From an uncultured delta proteobacterium (GTDB lineage: Bacteria > Myxococcota_A > Polyangia > Polyangiales > Polyangiaceae), in NCBI GenBank assembly GCA_963841435.1, contig CAWJCS010000006.1, forward strand, positions 768,001 through 832,000: DNA of 64,000 nucleotides, written 5' to 3'. The notes under the pieces are model-generated. The model had not been told where the DNA came from. It saw nothing but the letters and a program-made list of their open reading frames with translations, and did not search any database. Shown here piece by piece: positions 53,470-64,000 of the stretch. Positions within the stretch are counted from its first letter, which is position 1. Every line of letters starts with the position of its first letter. The position numbers were made by a program, and so were the translations under genes.

Positions 53470-53665
53470 CTCGGGAAGCCGCCCAAGAAGCAGCGCTTGC
53501 TCTCGTCGCAAAGGCCGCTGTAGTAGGTCGTGACGAAGGTGCCGCCGGCCTCGACGAAGCGCGTGATGCGCTCGACGACGCCCGGCGCGAGCAGTCGAAG
53601 CTGCGGAGCAATCACCAGTTTGTAGCCACCGAACGCGAAGCGTCGGCTGTCGTAAATCGCATCTT
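53470..53665 (-). pseudogene. Remnant of a GH42 beta-galactosidase trimerisation domain
   Basis: 'GYKLVIAPQL..VVERITRFVEAGGTFVTTYYSGLCDE..CFLGGFP', with no catalytic domain nearby. Confidence 0.75.
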
Positions 53666-53922
53666 GGTGCAAGTTGTCGCCATGGCGATGGCCCGGCTCC
53701 GTGAGGTGAGGGAAGTGATGGTCGTAGCTGGGCTCGTCGCCGAGTAAGCCAAAGACCGCGTTCCGCAGGCGAGGCTCGCCGAACGTCGCCCGAATTCCGT
53801 CGGCTCGTGGCCAGGCGTCGGCGAGCCGCCATGTCGGTGAGCACGTTCACCTCCGGCGCCCTGTGGAGCGCGGTCATCGTTTCGTGATCGTTTGCGACTG
53901 ACCGGCACGAGCCCGGCGCGTC

Positions 53923-53961
53923 GTTGCCCGAGTTGCTCGAGTTGTCCGAGTTGCCCGAGTT
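53923..53961 (+). repeat. Intergenic 9-bp tandem repeat, about 4 copies
   Basis: gttgcccga gttgctcga gttgtccga gttgcccga gtt. Confidence 0.7.
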
Positions 53962-54114
53962 GAGTGGCGAGACCGAAGCCCCGCTATTTTACCGGAGCAA
54001 CGGCGCACGCGCCCGAGCGCTGCCCGAGTTCGGCGCCGCAGGTTGCCGTGATCCGCGCGGCGTCGTTGCGGCGACAGGCCCGTTTGCGCGGTGGTTGTCC
54101 TCCACCGTCGAGCG

Positions 54115-54128
54115 GGCATGCGGCTTGC
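54115..54128 (+). promoter_or_regulatory. sigma54-type promoter
   Basis: GGCATGCGGCTTGC, about 40 nt before ATG 54170. Confidence 0.6.
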
Positions 54129-54169
54129 ACACGGCCCGACCTTCGCATCCAAACGCAGTGAGGGCCCCA

Positions 54170-57100
54170 ATGCGCGTGAACCGAACATCTTACTCCGGCC
54201 TGGTCGTGATCGCCCTGCTTGCCTCCGCGTGTGACGGCAAGCTGACGGACTCGTTCCTCGGCAAAACGTTCCGACGAGCTGAACGGTACCGACGCGAACG
54301 CCACGCTCGAGGGCCCGGGGCCCATCGTCAACGCCGGAGTCGAGAACCTCGGCGGAGGAACGGGTCCAGAAGATCGCCTGGTCTCGGGCGCCGTGCAGAC
54401 GGTCCTCGCTCACCCGACCGATCGGGAGCGATTGGTCATCGGTGCCGTCAACGGCGGGATCTGGACCACGCACAACGCCTACGCGGGCAATCCGCCCACC
54501 TGGACTCCGCGTACGAACACGCAACGCTCGCAGTCGATCGGAGCGATGGACTTCGACCCGATGAACCCGGAGAGTCTGCTGGCGGGCTACGGCGCCGCGA
54601 GCAGCTACGGCTTCGTCGCCGGGGAGCTCTCCGGACTGATAAGGTCGCCCGATTTCGGCGACACGTGGAGCCGGGTGGATGTGGCGTCCGCCGTCACGCC
54701 CGTCGGACGTGACATCCATGGCGTTGCGATCCGCGGTAACCTGATGCTGGTCGCCGACCGGCGTCCGCCGTCGGGAGAGGCCGGCGTGTTGCGCAGCGAC
54801 GACGGGGGGCAGAACTTCAGTCTCGCGGGTGTTCCAGCGGGCTCGGTGATGGATCTCGCGGGCGACCCTTCGGATCCGCAGCGCTTCTACGTCTCGATCG
54901 CCGGCGCCGGTATCTACACGACGGGCGATGGGGGGCAGATGTGGACGCCCGCGAGCGGACCGACGACTTGCCCGGGAACGCCGCCCTGCCTCGAGAACAG
55001 CCTGTACGACATCCTGATGAACACTGGGCTCGGCGAGGCATACACGGAGCTCGCCGTCGGTGGTGAGGGCAGGGTGTATGCCATCACCGTCCTTCAGGGG
55101 CAGCCCTGGTACATCGGCTACTCCGACAATCAGGGCGATGATTGGACCAGGATGGATATCCCGCGCATCCCGGTGGGACCGAACCTCACGATCCAGGATG
55201 TGTCCAACGACCCCATTGATCCCATCCAGATCACGACCGCTGCGCCCCACGGCCTCGAGGGCCGCGAGGAGGATCGGATCCACATCGAGGGGGTGCAGGG
55301 CAACGAGGCGGCCAACGGGGACTTTCGCTTCACGGTCGTGGACGACGACACGATCGTGCTCGCCCAGTGCCTCACCTACCCGGGCTGCCCCATCGTGGGG
55401 AACGTGCCGTTCGAGGCCAGCACGGCGATTCTCCTACCCTACACCGACACGAGCCCGGGCGAGGAAGGGGAGGAGATGGAGGATGAGGAGGACGAAGGCG
55501 CGCCCGGTGGCTCGGGTTCGGAGCACCTCTCGATTGGGGTCGATCCGACCGACCAGACCATCGTCTACATCGGCGGCGACTATCAGCGGCGGCCGACCTG
55601 GGACAGCACACTCGGCGCCTGGACCAACATCCTCGGCGCCCTCGCGCCGTCGGGCAACCTGTGGCGTGGCGAGGCCAGCGTGGCCCCGTCCGGCCAGCCT
55701 CCTGGGCAGGACCCGGGCCCGAACGGGCGCGTTCCGTCGCCGCAGTGGAAGAACCTGACCCACAACGCGCTCACGAGCCCGCCGGAGCTCGTTGGCGGCG
55801 GCACGTTCAGCGGCAGCGCGCCCCACGCCGACTCGCGCGACATGACGTTCGATTACTACGGCAATCTGATCGAGGTGGACGACGGGGGCATCTTTCGCCG
55901 AACGGGCCCGACGACGAGCCTCGGTGATTGGTACAGCCTGAACGGGAACCTCAGCATCACCGAGATCGCCTACCTCGCGTACGATCCCATCAGCGATCGA
56001 CTGATCGCCGGAGCGCAGGACGTGGGCAGTCCGCAGTCGCAGGCGCCGGTCGGAACGCCCGGAGCGGTCGTCTGGTACGACGTGAGGCCGGGCTCCGACG
56101 GCGGGCCCGTCCAGGTGGACGCGACGAACCCGAACCGCTCCGAGCGCTACACCTCGTATCAGGAGTGGGGATCCCCCACGCGCTGCGGGTACAACCCCCA
56201 GGGTCAGCCCGTGGACGTGGGCGGCAATGTCGTCGACGAGGGGCTGAACTGCCGCGAGCTGCCGCTGGGCATGCGGTGCGCCAACGTGCCCACCTGCTCC
56301 GATACGGGGCTCTCGTGCGACGCTGGCAAGTGTTCTGCGGTGCCGCGCGACCCCGGCTGCGAATGCGCCGCGTCCGCGACCTGTGAGCAGTGCGACGGCA
56401 GCGTGTTCCCGGTCGACGACCTGCCGACCGGCTATCCTTTCGGGCCGACGCTGGCGCTCAATCAGGGATCGAATCGTTTCGTGATCACCGCGCTCAACTC
56501 GCTGTACGAGTCGATCGACGGCGGCGAAAAGCTGTTCCAGGTGCACGACAAGGACGGCGGTCCGGCCGGCGCGACCAGCTACGACGCTCCGATCGTCAAC
56601 GGGCATGCCGACGACAGCGAGCTCATCTACATGGGCATCTGCAGCACGTTCCTGGTGCGTACGGTTCGACAAGCTCTCGCTCGATCCGGCGCCGTTCGCT
56701 CCCCTTGGGCGCCGCATCAACGATCTGGACGTTTCACCGACGGACAGCAAGGTCGTCTTCGCCGTCGCCTCCGACCAGGGCGGGTGCCCCGACGTGACCG
56801 GCCCCAACCGAGTCTCCATGACGACCGACGGGGGCCAGACTGCCTGGACGGATCTGACGGGTGACCTGTACGACCCGATGCAGTCACAGTCGGCGGGCAA
56901 TCTGTACGCCGTGCGCTTCGTGCCGGGAAGCCCGGATCGTCTGTTCATCGGGACGACGGGCGGCATCTTCGTGATGGCCATGAACGCGCCGGGGTTTTGG
57001 AACCAGCTGCACCCGAGCGACGCTGCGCTCGGGCTCCCCAACGTCATCGTCAAACGACTGGTCTACGATGCGCCCGGCGACAACCTGTTCGTAGGGTCCA

Positions 57101-59394
57101 TCGGGCGCGGTGCCTGGGCCATCACCCAGCCGACCCAGATCAATCTGCCGCCAGCGGCGAGCTGTGTGACGAGCGTCGAAAAAGTAGCCGACCAGGCGTG
57201 TAGCGCGACCCTCACCGTCACCGACGTTGATGACGGCTCGATCGATCCGGAAGGGGCAAATATGAACCCGACGCTCAGCGTCACGGGTCCGCTCCCATTG
57301 GGAGAAGGGGTCGTGACCCTGACCCTGAACGACGGGGACAACAACGAGACCTGCACCAGCGACTACAGCGTCGTTGACAAGACGCCCCCCGTCTTCGTCG
57401 ACACGGATCTCGCCCCGCTCGTGATCCCGCGTTGTGACTTCTCGAACCAGAACGTGGTGCTCGAGTTCCCCGTGGCCATCGACAATTGCTCGTCGTCGTC
57501 GGAGGTCACGGTCATCGGCACGGTCGCCCAGAGCACGAATCCGGCTTTCCCGCCGGGCGCGCTGTTGACCGACCCGAACGTGGCCCTTCCGCCGGGAACC
57601 TACACGGTCGAATGGATCGCCGTGGATGCTGATCTGAACCAGACCCCGGACCCGCTCGTCCAGACCATCTCCGTGCAACCCGCGCTCTTCGCGGGCCAAT
57701 CGCTGTTCGTGAACACCGGCTCCACGGTGCGCATCGCGGGGAGCCAGGCGCTCGGGAGCGTCGCCAACGCGGGCGGCGGGGTCACCGCGATCGGCAACGA
57801 CGCCTACGTGGGCGACGTCCGGAGCGTCGCCAACGTCAGCATCGGTGACCGCGCCATTGCCGGCAACGTCGTCTCGGCAGGCTCCGTGACGGTCGGCTTC
57901 GGCGCTCAGCTGCCCCCGGTTCAGCAATTCACGCCCGTCTCGCTACCGGCCCCGCTGGATCTCGCGGGCGTGCCTGCGCCATCGGGTGGGCCGCCCGTCA
58001 CGCTGGGCTCGACGCCGCTCCAGCCGGGCTCCTACGGGCAGACGACCGTGAACTCGGGGGAGGTTCTGACCCTCGGAGCGGGCGTGTACTCGTTCCTGTC
58101 CCTGACGCTCAACGATTCGGCGATCGTCACCGCCAGCGACGACACCGTGCTCTACGTGGGCACGAGCCAGCAGTGGCAGAGCTCGTTCCGCACGACGACC
58201 GGCACGCTCGCCCACGTGACCGCTGGCTATTTCGGCACGGACCTGCAGATGTCGGCGGATTTCGCCGGAACGCTGGTCGCGCCGAACGCCACCGTCCACA
58301 TGGGAACGAGCAACGCGCAAGCGTTCAGTGGCATCGTCCACGCAGCCACCATCGTGCTCGAGAACGACGCCGACTTCACGTGCGACCCCACGGCCTGCGC
58401 GTCGAGTCTCTGCGGCGGCCCGGTCGACGCTTGCTCCAACGGGCAAAAGGACCCCGGTGAGGAAGGGGTCGACTGCGGTGGTTCTTGCCCGAACGCCTGC
58501 AGCACTGCGTGCAGCGCCGCCACCTACGAGGCGGAAACCATGACCCAGTCAACGGGAGGTGCCTACTACGCCCAAGGTAGCCAGGTCCCCACGGGCTGGA
58601 ACATCTGGAGCGACGGGTACGTCTCGACTCAGCACGTCTTCACACCCGGCCCTGCACAGATCACGGTGCGCGCGCTGGGCGAGCAGGCCTTGGGTGTCCT
58701 GCCGCACATGGTCGTCAGTGTGGGCGGTACGACCGTTGGCGATGCCACGGTCGTGACGGGCACGTTCGCCGACTACACCTTCGCGTTCATGGCGAGTGGC
58801 GGTCAAAAGGAGGTGCGCGTCACTTTCGACAACGACGCGTACCAGCCGCCCCAGGACCGCAACCTGATCGTGGACAGCGTGACGGTGGACTGCGCCCCGG
58901 TGTTTACGATGGTAAACGGCTCCGTTTCGATGGAAGCCGAGCACTTCCACGGCACCACGCAGAACGGAAGCGCGGATCGCTGGTCCGTTCAGGGGGCGAG
59001 CCAGGCGTCCGGCGCCGCCTGCATGTCGATTGGGCCCGACAGCGGTGACATCTGGACCTCCAACGTGCAGAGCACGGCGCCGCGGCTCGACTTCAACGTC
59101 AGCTTCGATACCAGCGGCACCTTCTACCTGCACGTGCGGGCCGATGGAGCGAACGGTGCCGGCGATTCGTGCTGGGGCGGCGCTGACGCTTACCTCAACA
59201 CGAGCCACTTCGACTTCGCCGACAATCCCAACACCTGGGGCTGGATCACCCGGACCCTGCCGATCGCGACGCCGGGCCTCCACACCGTCCGCCTTTGGGC
59301 GCGCGAGGACGGGCTCCGGGCGGACAAGATCGTGATCAACACGAGCGCCACCCCTCCGGTCGGCGGTGGCCCTCCCGAAAGTACCCAGCAGTAG
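54170..59394 (+). CDS. Giant surface lipoprotein (~1740 aa after two +1 corrections at ~54254-54270 and ~56665): BNR/Asp-box propeller, HYR/Ig-like, beta-helix, CBM60-like and further CBM-like domains
   Basis: Lipobox 'LASAC' and Asp boxes 'RSPDFGDTW', 'RSDDGGQNF', 'TTGDGGQMW', 'YSDNQGDDW', 'TTDGGQTAW'. Also 'VVDKTPPVF', 'VTFDNDAY..DRNLIVDSV' and 'VSMEAEHF..REDGLRADK'. Confidence 0.75.
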
Positions 59395-59461
59395 GGCGCT
59401 TTCGGCTTGCCACGGCGATGACGGTCATTGCCGTCGCCCCTTCGCAGTGGCGGGATGCCGC

Positions 59462-59785
<324 letters not shown>

Positions 59786-59905
59786 CGAAACTCCTTTTCT
59801 AATGGCAACGGGTCGTTGCCATTCGTATCGGCGAGGCTACCGTGGCTCCGGCCTGAAGGCAACGCAGCGTTGCCTTCTCGAAAAGGACGATGCTAGCGTC
59901 CGACC

Positions 59906-60583
59906 ATGCGTCGTTCCGCCGGGTCAGCGCGTCGCACCCAGGGGCTCCTCGGGGGACGGAGCGAGCAGGTGGTGCGTCGCGTGCTCGATGCCGCGATCGT
60001 CGAGCTCGCACGTTCGGGCTACGCCGGCTTTCGGATGGAAGGCGTTGCGTCTCGGGCAGCAGTCAACAAGACGACGATCTATCGGCGCTGGCCGAGCCGT
60101 GTGGCGCTTTGCGCTGCGCTCGTGAACCGGATGCGGACGCCCCTTCGCGAGACGCCGCTGCCGGACACCGGGCGGCTCGAGAATGATCTCGTCGAGGCAT
60201 TTGCACGCCGATTCGCCTTCGGTCGAAAGGTCGAGGGCCAGGCCTGGGCACGGCTGCTCGACGAGCGACACAGCCCCGAGGTCGAAACCATCATCGGAGC
60301 TACCGTGGACGAGCGTCGCGACGAGTGGAGGTCGATGGTCAAGCGCGCCATCGGCCGGGGTGAGCTGCCGCCCGGGACCGATGTGCGACTCGTGTTGGAT
60401 TTCGTCCGCGCCATCGTGGATGCCCGCAGCTCATCCCAACGACTCGATAGGACCTGGCTGACCCTTGCGGTCCGCACCGTGATCGTCGGCGCGCGCGCCG
60501 GAGCGCTGGTGCGAGGCCGCAAGACACGCTCGTCGGAGCTGTCCCCGAGGACGCCGCTAGCTAAACCGCGACTGTTACGCTAG
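59906..60583 (+). CDS. TetR/AcrR family regulator
   Basis: 'VLDAAIVELARSGYAGFRMEGVASRAAVNKTTIYRRWPS', divergent from the membrane protein. Confidence 0.92.
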   Translation: MRRSAGSARRTQGLLGGRSEQVVRRVLDAAIVELARSGYAGFRMEGVASRAAVNKTTIYRRWPSRVALCAALVNRMRTPLRETPLPDTGRLENDLVEAFARRFAFGRKVEGQAWARLLDERHSPEVETIIGATVDERRDEWRSMVKRAIGRGELPPGTDVRLVLDFVRAIVDARSSSQRLDRTWLTLAVRTVIVGARAGALVRGRKTRSSELSPRTPLAKPRLLR

Positions 60584-60616
60584 CCTTCGGCGCATCTCGT
60601 GCGGGAGGCCAAGGAG

Positions 60617-62302
60617 ATGAAACGGCAACGGGATGAAGCGCCCCGCCATGTGGCTGCCCTCGGCGTCTCCGTGCTGGCCGTCGCAGGGTCGGCGCTCCTT
60701 TCCTGTGGCGACCCGGAACGCGGGCCGGCGAGCGGCGCTGGCACCAGGGGCGAAACGTCGTCCGCCTTCGACCCCGGCCGCAAGGACATGCATCGGCTGA
60801 ACACGGTCGAGTACAACGCGACGGTCGCGGACGTGCTCGGTACCAAGCTGCAGCCGGCCAACGCCAACTGGCGGGGCGGGGAGCTCGCCGGCTTCGACAA
60901 CATGGCGTCCGTGCTCGGCGTCGACGAGGCCCAGTACGCCCGCTATCTCGAAGCGGCGAAAACCCTTTCTACCGAGCTGTTCGCGGATGACGTGCTTCGC
61001 GCGCAGTTCGTCTCGTGTGACCCGAGTGACGCGGACTGTGCTCGCGGGAGCGTGGAAACCGCGGGGCTCCGACTGTTCCGTCGTCCCCTCGCGGCGGACG
61101 AAACCGAGACCTACCTCGGGGTGTATCGGCAGGCGCTCGCACTCGGCGACCCGCCGCTCGCCGCGCTCGAGCTTTCGTTCCAAGCCCTACTCGCGAGCGC
61201 GGAGTTCCTGTACCGCATCGAGCTCGACCCCGAACCGGAATCGAGCAAGGCCCACCCACTGGGAGGCTTCGAGCTCGCCTCTCGGCTATCGTACTTCCTG
61301 TGGAGCAGCGCCCCTGACGAAATGCTGCTCGGCGCGGCCGCCGACGGTTCCCTGCGACAACCGGAGACCTTGTCGGCAGTCGTGGATCGTATGCTCGACG
61401 ACCCGAAATCGGAGCGCTTCGTCAGCGAGTTCGGAGGGCAATGGCTCGGTGCTCGCCTCGTGGCGACGCATCCCGTCTCTCCGGATTTCTTCCTCTGGTC
61501 GCCGCAGGTGGCGCGCGCGGCCGGCGACGAGATGCTCCTCTACTTTGCCGAGTTCGTGAGGACCAATCGCTCGTGGTTCGAATTTCCGGTCGCGGACGTG
61601 AACTACGTGAACGACTGGCTCGCCATCTTCTACGGCATGCCTTCTGTGCAGGTCACCACGCGCGTCGAGTACACGGGAGACCAACGTGCGGGTTTCTTCG
61701 GCCTGGCTGGGTTTTTGGCTCTCTCGTCCTTCGACCGGCGCACCTCGCCCTCTCTGCGCGGGCGCTGGATCGCGAGCAACGTGCTGTGCACCGCGCCCCC
61801 GGATCCTCCACCCAACGTCCCCAAGCTCGAGGACGACGGTGTCGATCCCTCGAAGCTCAACATTCGCCAAGCCATGGAGCAGCACCGCAACACGCCTGCT
61901 TGCGCGAAATGCCACGAGCTGTTCGACGCCTACGGGCTCGCGCTCGAAGAGTACGACGCCATCGGCCAATTCCGAACGACGTACCCGGACGGGTCGCCCG
62001 TGGACGCTTCGGTGCGGCTGCCCCCGTCCGACGCCCATCCCGAAGGCATCGAGTTCGAAGGGCTGTCGGGACTCTCAAACGTGGTGGCGACGGACCCCAA
62101 CTTCGGAAAGTGCCTGGCGAAAAAGCTCCTCACCTACGGACTCGGTCAACCGGTGACGGCGAGCGACGAGCCGTTCCTGGAGCAGGCCGCCACCGACTGG
62201 CTCGCCCCCGGCGAAACACCGAGCATCCGGCGCCTCGTCCGCGCGCTCGTCTCGACGGAGGCGTTTCGTTCTCGCCGCGGCGAGCCAGAAGGGCAGCCAT
62301 GA
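60617..62302 (+). CDS. DUF1592/1588/1595/1587/1585 (PSD-type) cytochrome-like lipoprotein
   Basis: 'HRLNTVEYNATV.D', 'GFDN', 'FELASRLSYFLWSSAPD', 'TSPSLRG.W' and 'CAKCH..G.ALE.YDAIG.FR'. Confidence 0.9.
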   Translation: MKRQRDEAPRHVAALGVSVLAVAGSALLSCGDPERGPASGAGTRGETSSAFDPGRKDMHRLNTVEYNATVADVLGTKLQPANANWRGGELAGFDNMASVLGVDEAQYARYLEAAKTLSTELFADDVLRAQFVSCDPSDADCARGSVETAGLRLFRRPLAADETETYLGVYRQALALGDPPLAALELSFQALLASAEFLYRIELDPEPESSKAHPLGGFELASRLSYFLWSSAPDEMLLGAAADGSLRQPETLSAVVDRMLDDPKSERFVSEFGGQWLGARLVATHPVSPDFFLWSPQVARAAGDEMLLYFAEFVRTNRSWFEFPVADVNYVNDWLAIFYGMPSVQVTTRVEYTGDQRAGFFGLAGFLALSSFDRRTSPSLRGRWIASNVLCTAPPDPPPNVPKLEDDGVDPSKLNIRQAMEQHRNTPACAKCHELFDAYGLALEEYDAIGQFRTTYPDGSPVDASVRLPPSDAHPEGIEFEGLSGLSNVVATDPNFGKCLAKKLLTYGLGQPVTASDEPFLEQAATDWLAPGETPSIRRLVRALVSTEAFRSRRGEPEGQP

Positions 62303-63759
62303 ACCGTCGTCTCACCCGTCGAGCCGTGCTGCGCGGCGCCGGGGTGGCGCTCACGCTGCCCTTCTTGGAGTCCCTGGCGCCGCGAACCGTCCGCGCGCAG
62401 GCCGCAGCGCGGCGCGGACGTTTCCTCCCGATCTTCCTGCCGAACGGCGCCGCCGACTACTGGCGCCCGATCGGCGAGGGACAGGGCGACGCCTGGCGGC
62501 TCTCCTCCGTGCTCGAGCCGTTCGGAGCGTCGATCAAGGCGAAGCTCAGCATCTTGACGAACCTGGAGAACGGGTCGGTGTTCAACCCCGACGCGTCCCC
62601 CACCATCGAGCCGAGCCACAGTCGCCTCGCGGGCGCCTGGCTCACCTGCGTGAACGCGGAGGAAGCCCGGGCGTCTCTTGCGACGGGCGAAGCCAACGGC
62701 ATATCGCTCGATCAGGTGTTGGCACAAGGGGACGCCTTCAGGAGCGAGGCACCCATCGCCTCCTTGCAGGTCGGGCTCTCCACACCGCTCAGCAGCTGCG
62801 AGTCCGAACCCTGCTCCAGCAGCCGCAGCGTCTCCTGGGCGAGCACCACCCAGCCGATGTACAAGCAGGTGGACCCGCTCGAAGTGTTCCAGCGCATCAC
62901 CGGCGTGCTCGAGCCGAGTGATCCGAGCGATCCGGCTGCGCTCGAAGCAGACAAGCGCATCGCCCGCAACCGGAGTGTCCTCGACGCCGTGCTCGAGAAC
63001 GCGCAGCGGACGCGGACTCGCCTCGGGGCGAGCGACCGACGACGCATGGACGAGTTCTTGGATTCGGTGCGCGCGGTGGAGCGGACGGTGACGAACGTGT
63101 CAGCCGGCATGGGCGGACTCGCGTGTAACCCGAGAACGGCGCCGACCATGGCGCGGATCGAGCAGTCGGCGCTGGCACCGCGCCAGACCACGGAAACGTA
63201 CGACAAAGGCCTCCACGCCGACGCCATGAACGATCTGATTGCGATGGCATTCGAGTGCGACGTGACCCGTGTCATCTCCTACATGCTGGAGGACGAGCGC
63301 TCGGAGTTCACCTACGACCACGTGCAGAGGCGGGAGTTCACGGAAGAAAGCTCGACCCCCACGAGCGGCACCTGCCCCGAGTATCACCTTTCACAACACC
63401 AGGGCGGCGACGTCTTCGCCAGCATCACGTGGTGGAACGTAGGCAAGGTCGCGGAGCTTTGCCGCAAGCTCGACGCGCTCGAGGAAGCCCCGGGCGTAAG
63501 CGTGCTCGACAACACCGTCGTCTTCTTCGGCGCTTGCATGCACGGCGGCAATCACCTGGCCGAAGAGCTCCCGGTCGCGCTGATTGGCGGGAAGAATCTA
63601 GGCTTGCAGAACGATCAGCACCGCGTGCTCGAAAAGCGCCCGCTTCGGGACCTCTACTTCACGCTAATGAACGACGTGTACGGCCTCGGCGTGAGCGACT
63701 TCGGTCGGGATCTGACCGGCAGGCCGGCGGCGGCCATCGGCGAGATATTGGCGACGTGA
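62299..63759 (+). CDS. DUF1552 family Tat-exported protein
   Basis: ATGA overlap with the upstream gene. 'LTRRAVLRGAGVALTLPFLESL', 'RSVLDAV', 'SVRAVE', 'CDVTRV' and 'VLDNT'. Confidence 0.92.
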   Translation: MNRRLTRRAVLRGAGVALTLPFLESLAPRTVRAQAAARRGRFLPIFLPNGAADYWRPIGEGQGDAWRLSSVLEPFGASIKAKLSILTNLENGSVFNPDASPTIEPSHSRLAGAWLTCVNAEEARASLATGEANGISLDQVLAQGDAFRSEAPIASLQVGLSTPLSSCESEPCSSSRSVSWASTTQPMYKQVDPLEVFQRITGVLEPSDPSDPAALEADKRIARNRSVLDAVLENAQRTRTRLGASDRRRMDEFLDSVRAVERTVTNVSAGMGGLACNPRTAPTMARIEQSALAPRQTTETYDKGLHADAMNDLIAMAFECDVTRVISYMLEDERSEFTYDHVQRREFTEESSTPTSGTCPEYHLSQHQGGDVFASITWWNVGKVAELCRKLDALEEAPGVSVLDNTVVFFGACMHGGNHLAEELPVALIGGKNLGLQNDQHRVLEKRPLRDLYFTLMNDVYGLGVSDFGRDLTGRPAAAIGEILAT

Positions 63760-63894
63760 TGCCCCCGGGACTTGGGGCGGGGTGGGGGGATGGACCTCGA
63801 CTCGCTGGTCGAACGCTTCGGACCGGTGCCGGCGGAACGTTGGCCTGATCTCGCGTTGATGGGGCAGCTGCGCTGACGCTGTCGGGGTGGAACC

Positions 63895-63908
63895 GGCATG
63901 GTTCCTGC
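63895..63908 (+). promoter_or_regulatory. Possible sigma54-type promoter
   Basis: GGCATGGTTCCTGC, upstream of RBS GGAGG and ATG 63942. Confidence 0.45.
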
Positions 63909-63941
63909 TTGAGCGACATCGAATCCAACTCGGAGGGTCGT

Positions 63942-64000
63942 ATGGATCACATCGCCAAGGTTTCCGATACGGTGGAGGCTCCCATCGCTCGGGTGTGGGA
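63942..64000 (+). CDS. SRPBCC/AHSA1-like protein (N-terminus only)
   Basis: 'MDHIAKVSDTVEAPIARVW', preceded by GGAGG. Confidence 0.6.
   Translation, partial: MDHIAKVSDTVEAPIARVW

Noticed and set aside
61441-63759. 772-aa ORF
   Set aside because: The first 286 codons shadow the DUF1592 gene. The Tat signal begins at 62299.

Overview
High-GC bacterial DNA. Gly/Ser-rich lipoproteins, MYXO-CTERM tails and a DUF1592/DUF1552 pair point to a myxobacterium, probably Polyangiaceae/Sorangium-like (inference). (1) 1-11 kb: an ABC permease end, a surface multihaem/lectin operon, a beta-lactamase-fold lipoprotein, and a Cys-rich lipoprotein coupled to a ferritin-like gene. (2) 11.6-24.4 kb: a candidate conflict/immune-signalling island. 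It holds a metallophosphoesterase, a cytoplasmic S8 protease with a ferritin-like partner, an MpaB-like oxygenase, two divergent LuxR regulators, a TPR-sensor/trypsin protease, and two tandem TIR-TM-Cys-repeat receptor-like proteins, only one of which keeps the catalytic Glu. This is the best candidate for an undescribed system. (3) Two copies of a 197-bp MITE with 14-bp terminal inverted repeats at CTAG sites. (4) 26.5-44.3 kb: dps, usp, then glgP-HAD-ackA-yihY-xfp-N-ATPase (atpDCQRBEFAG)-ppk2-hpf. (5) 44-64 kb: a hydrolase, DUF389, large surface proteins, TetR and DUF1592/DUF1552. Eight genes carry a +1 frameshift, each correctable at a GAAC/GTTC, which suggests a systematic sequencing artefact. 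Seven sigma54-type promoters and four gene remnants are visible. I saw no rRNA, tRNA or CRISPR array. All family calls come from recognising motifs by eye, not from database searches.
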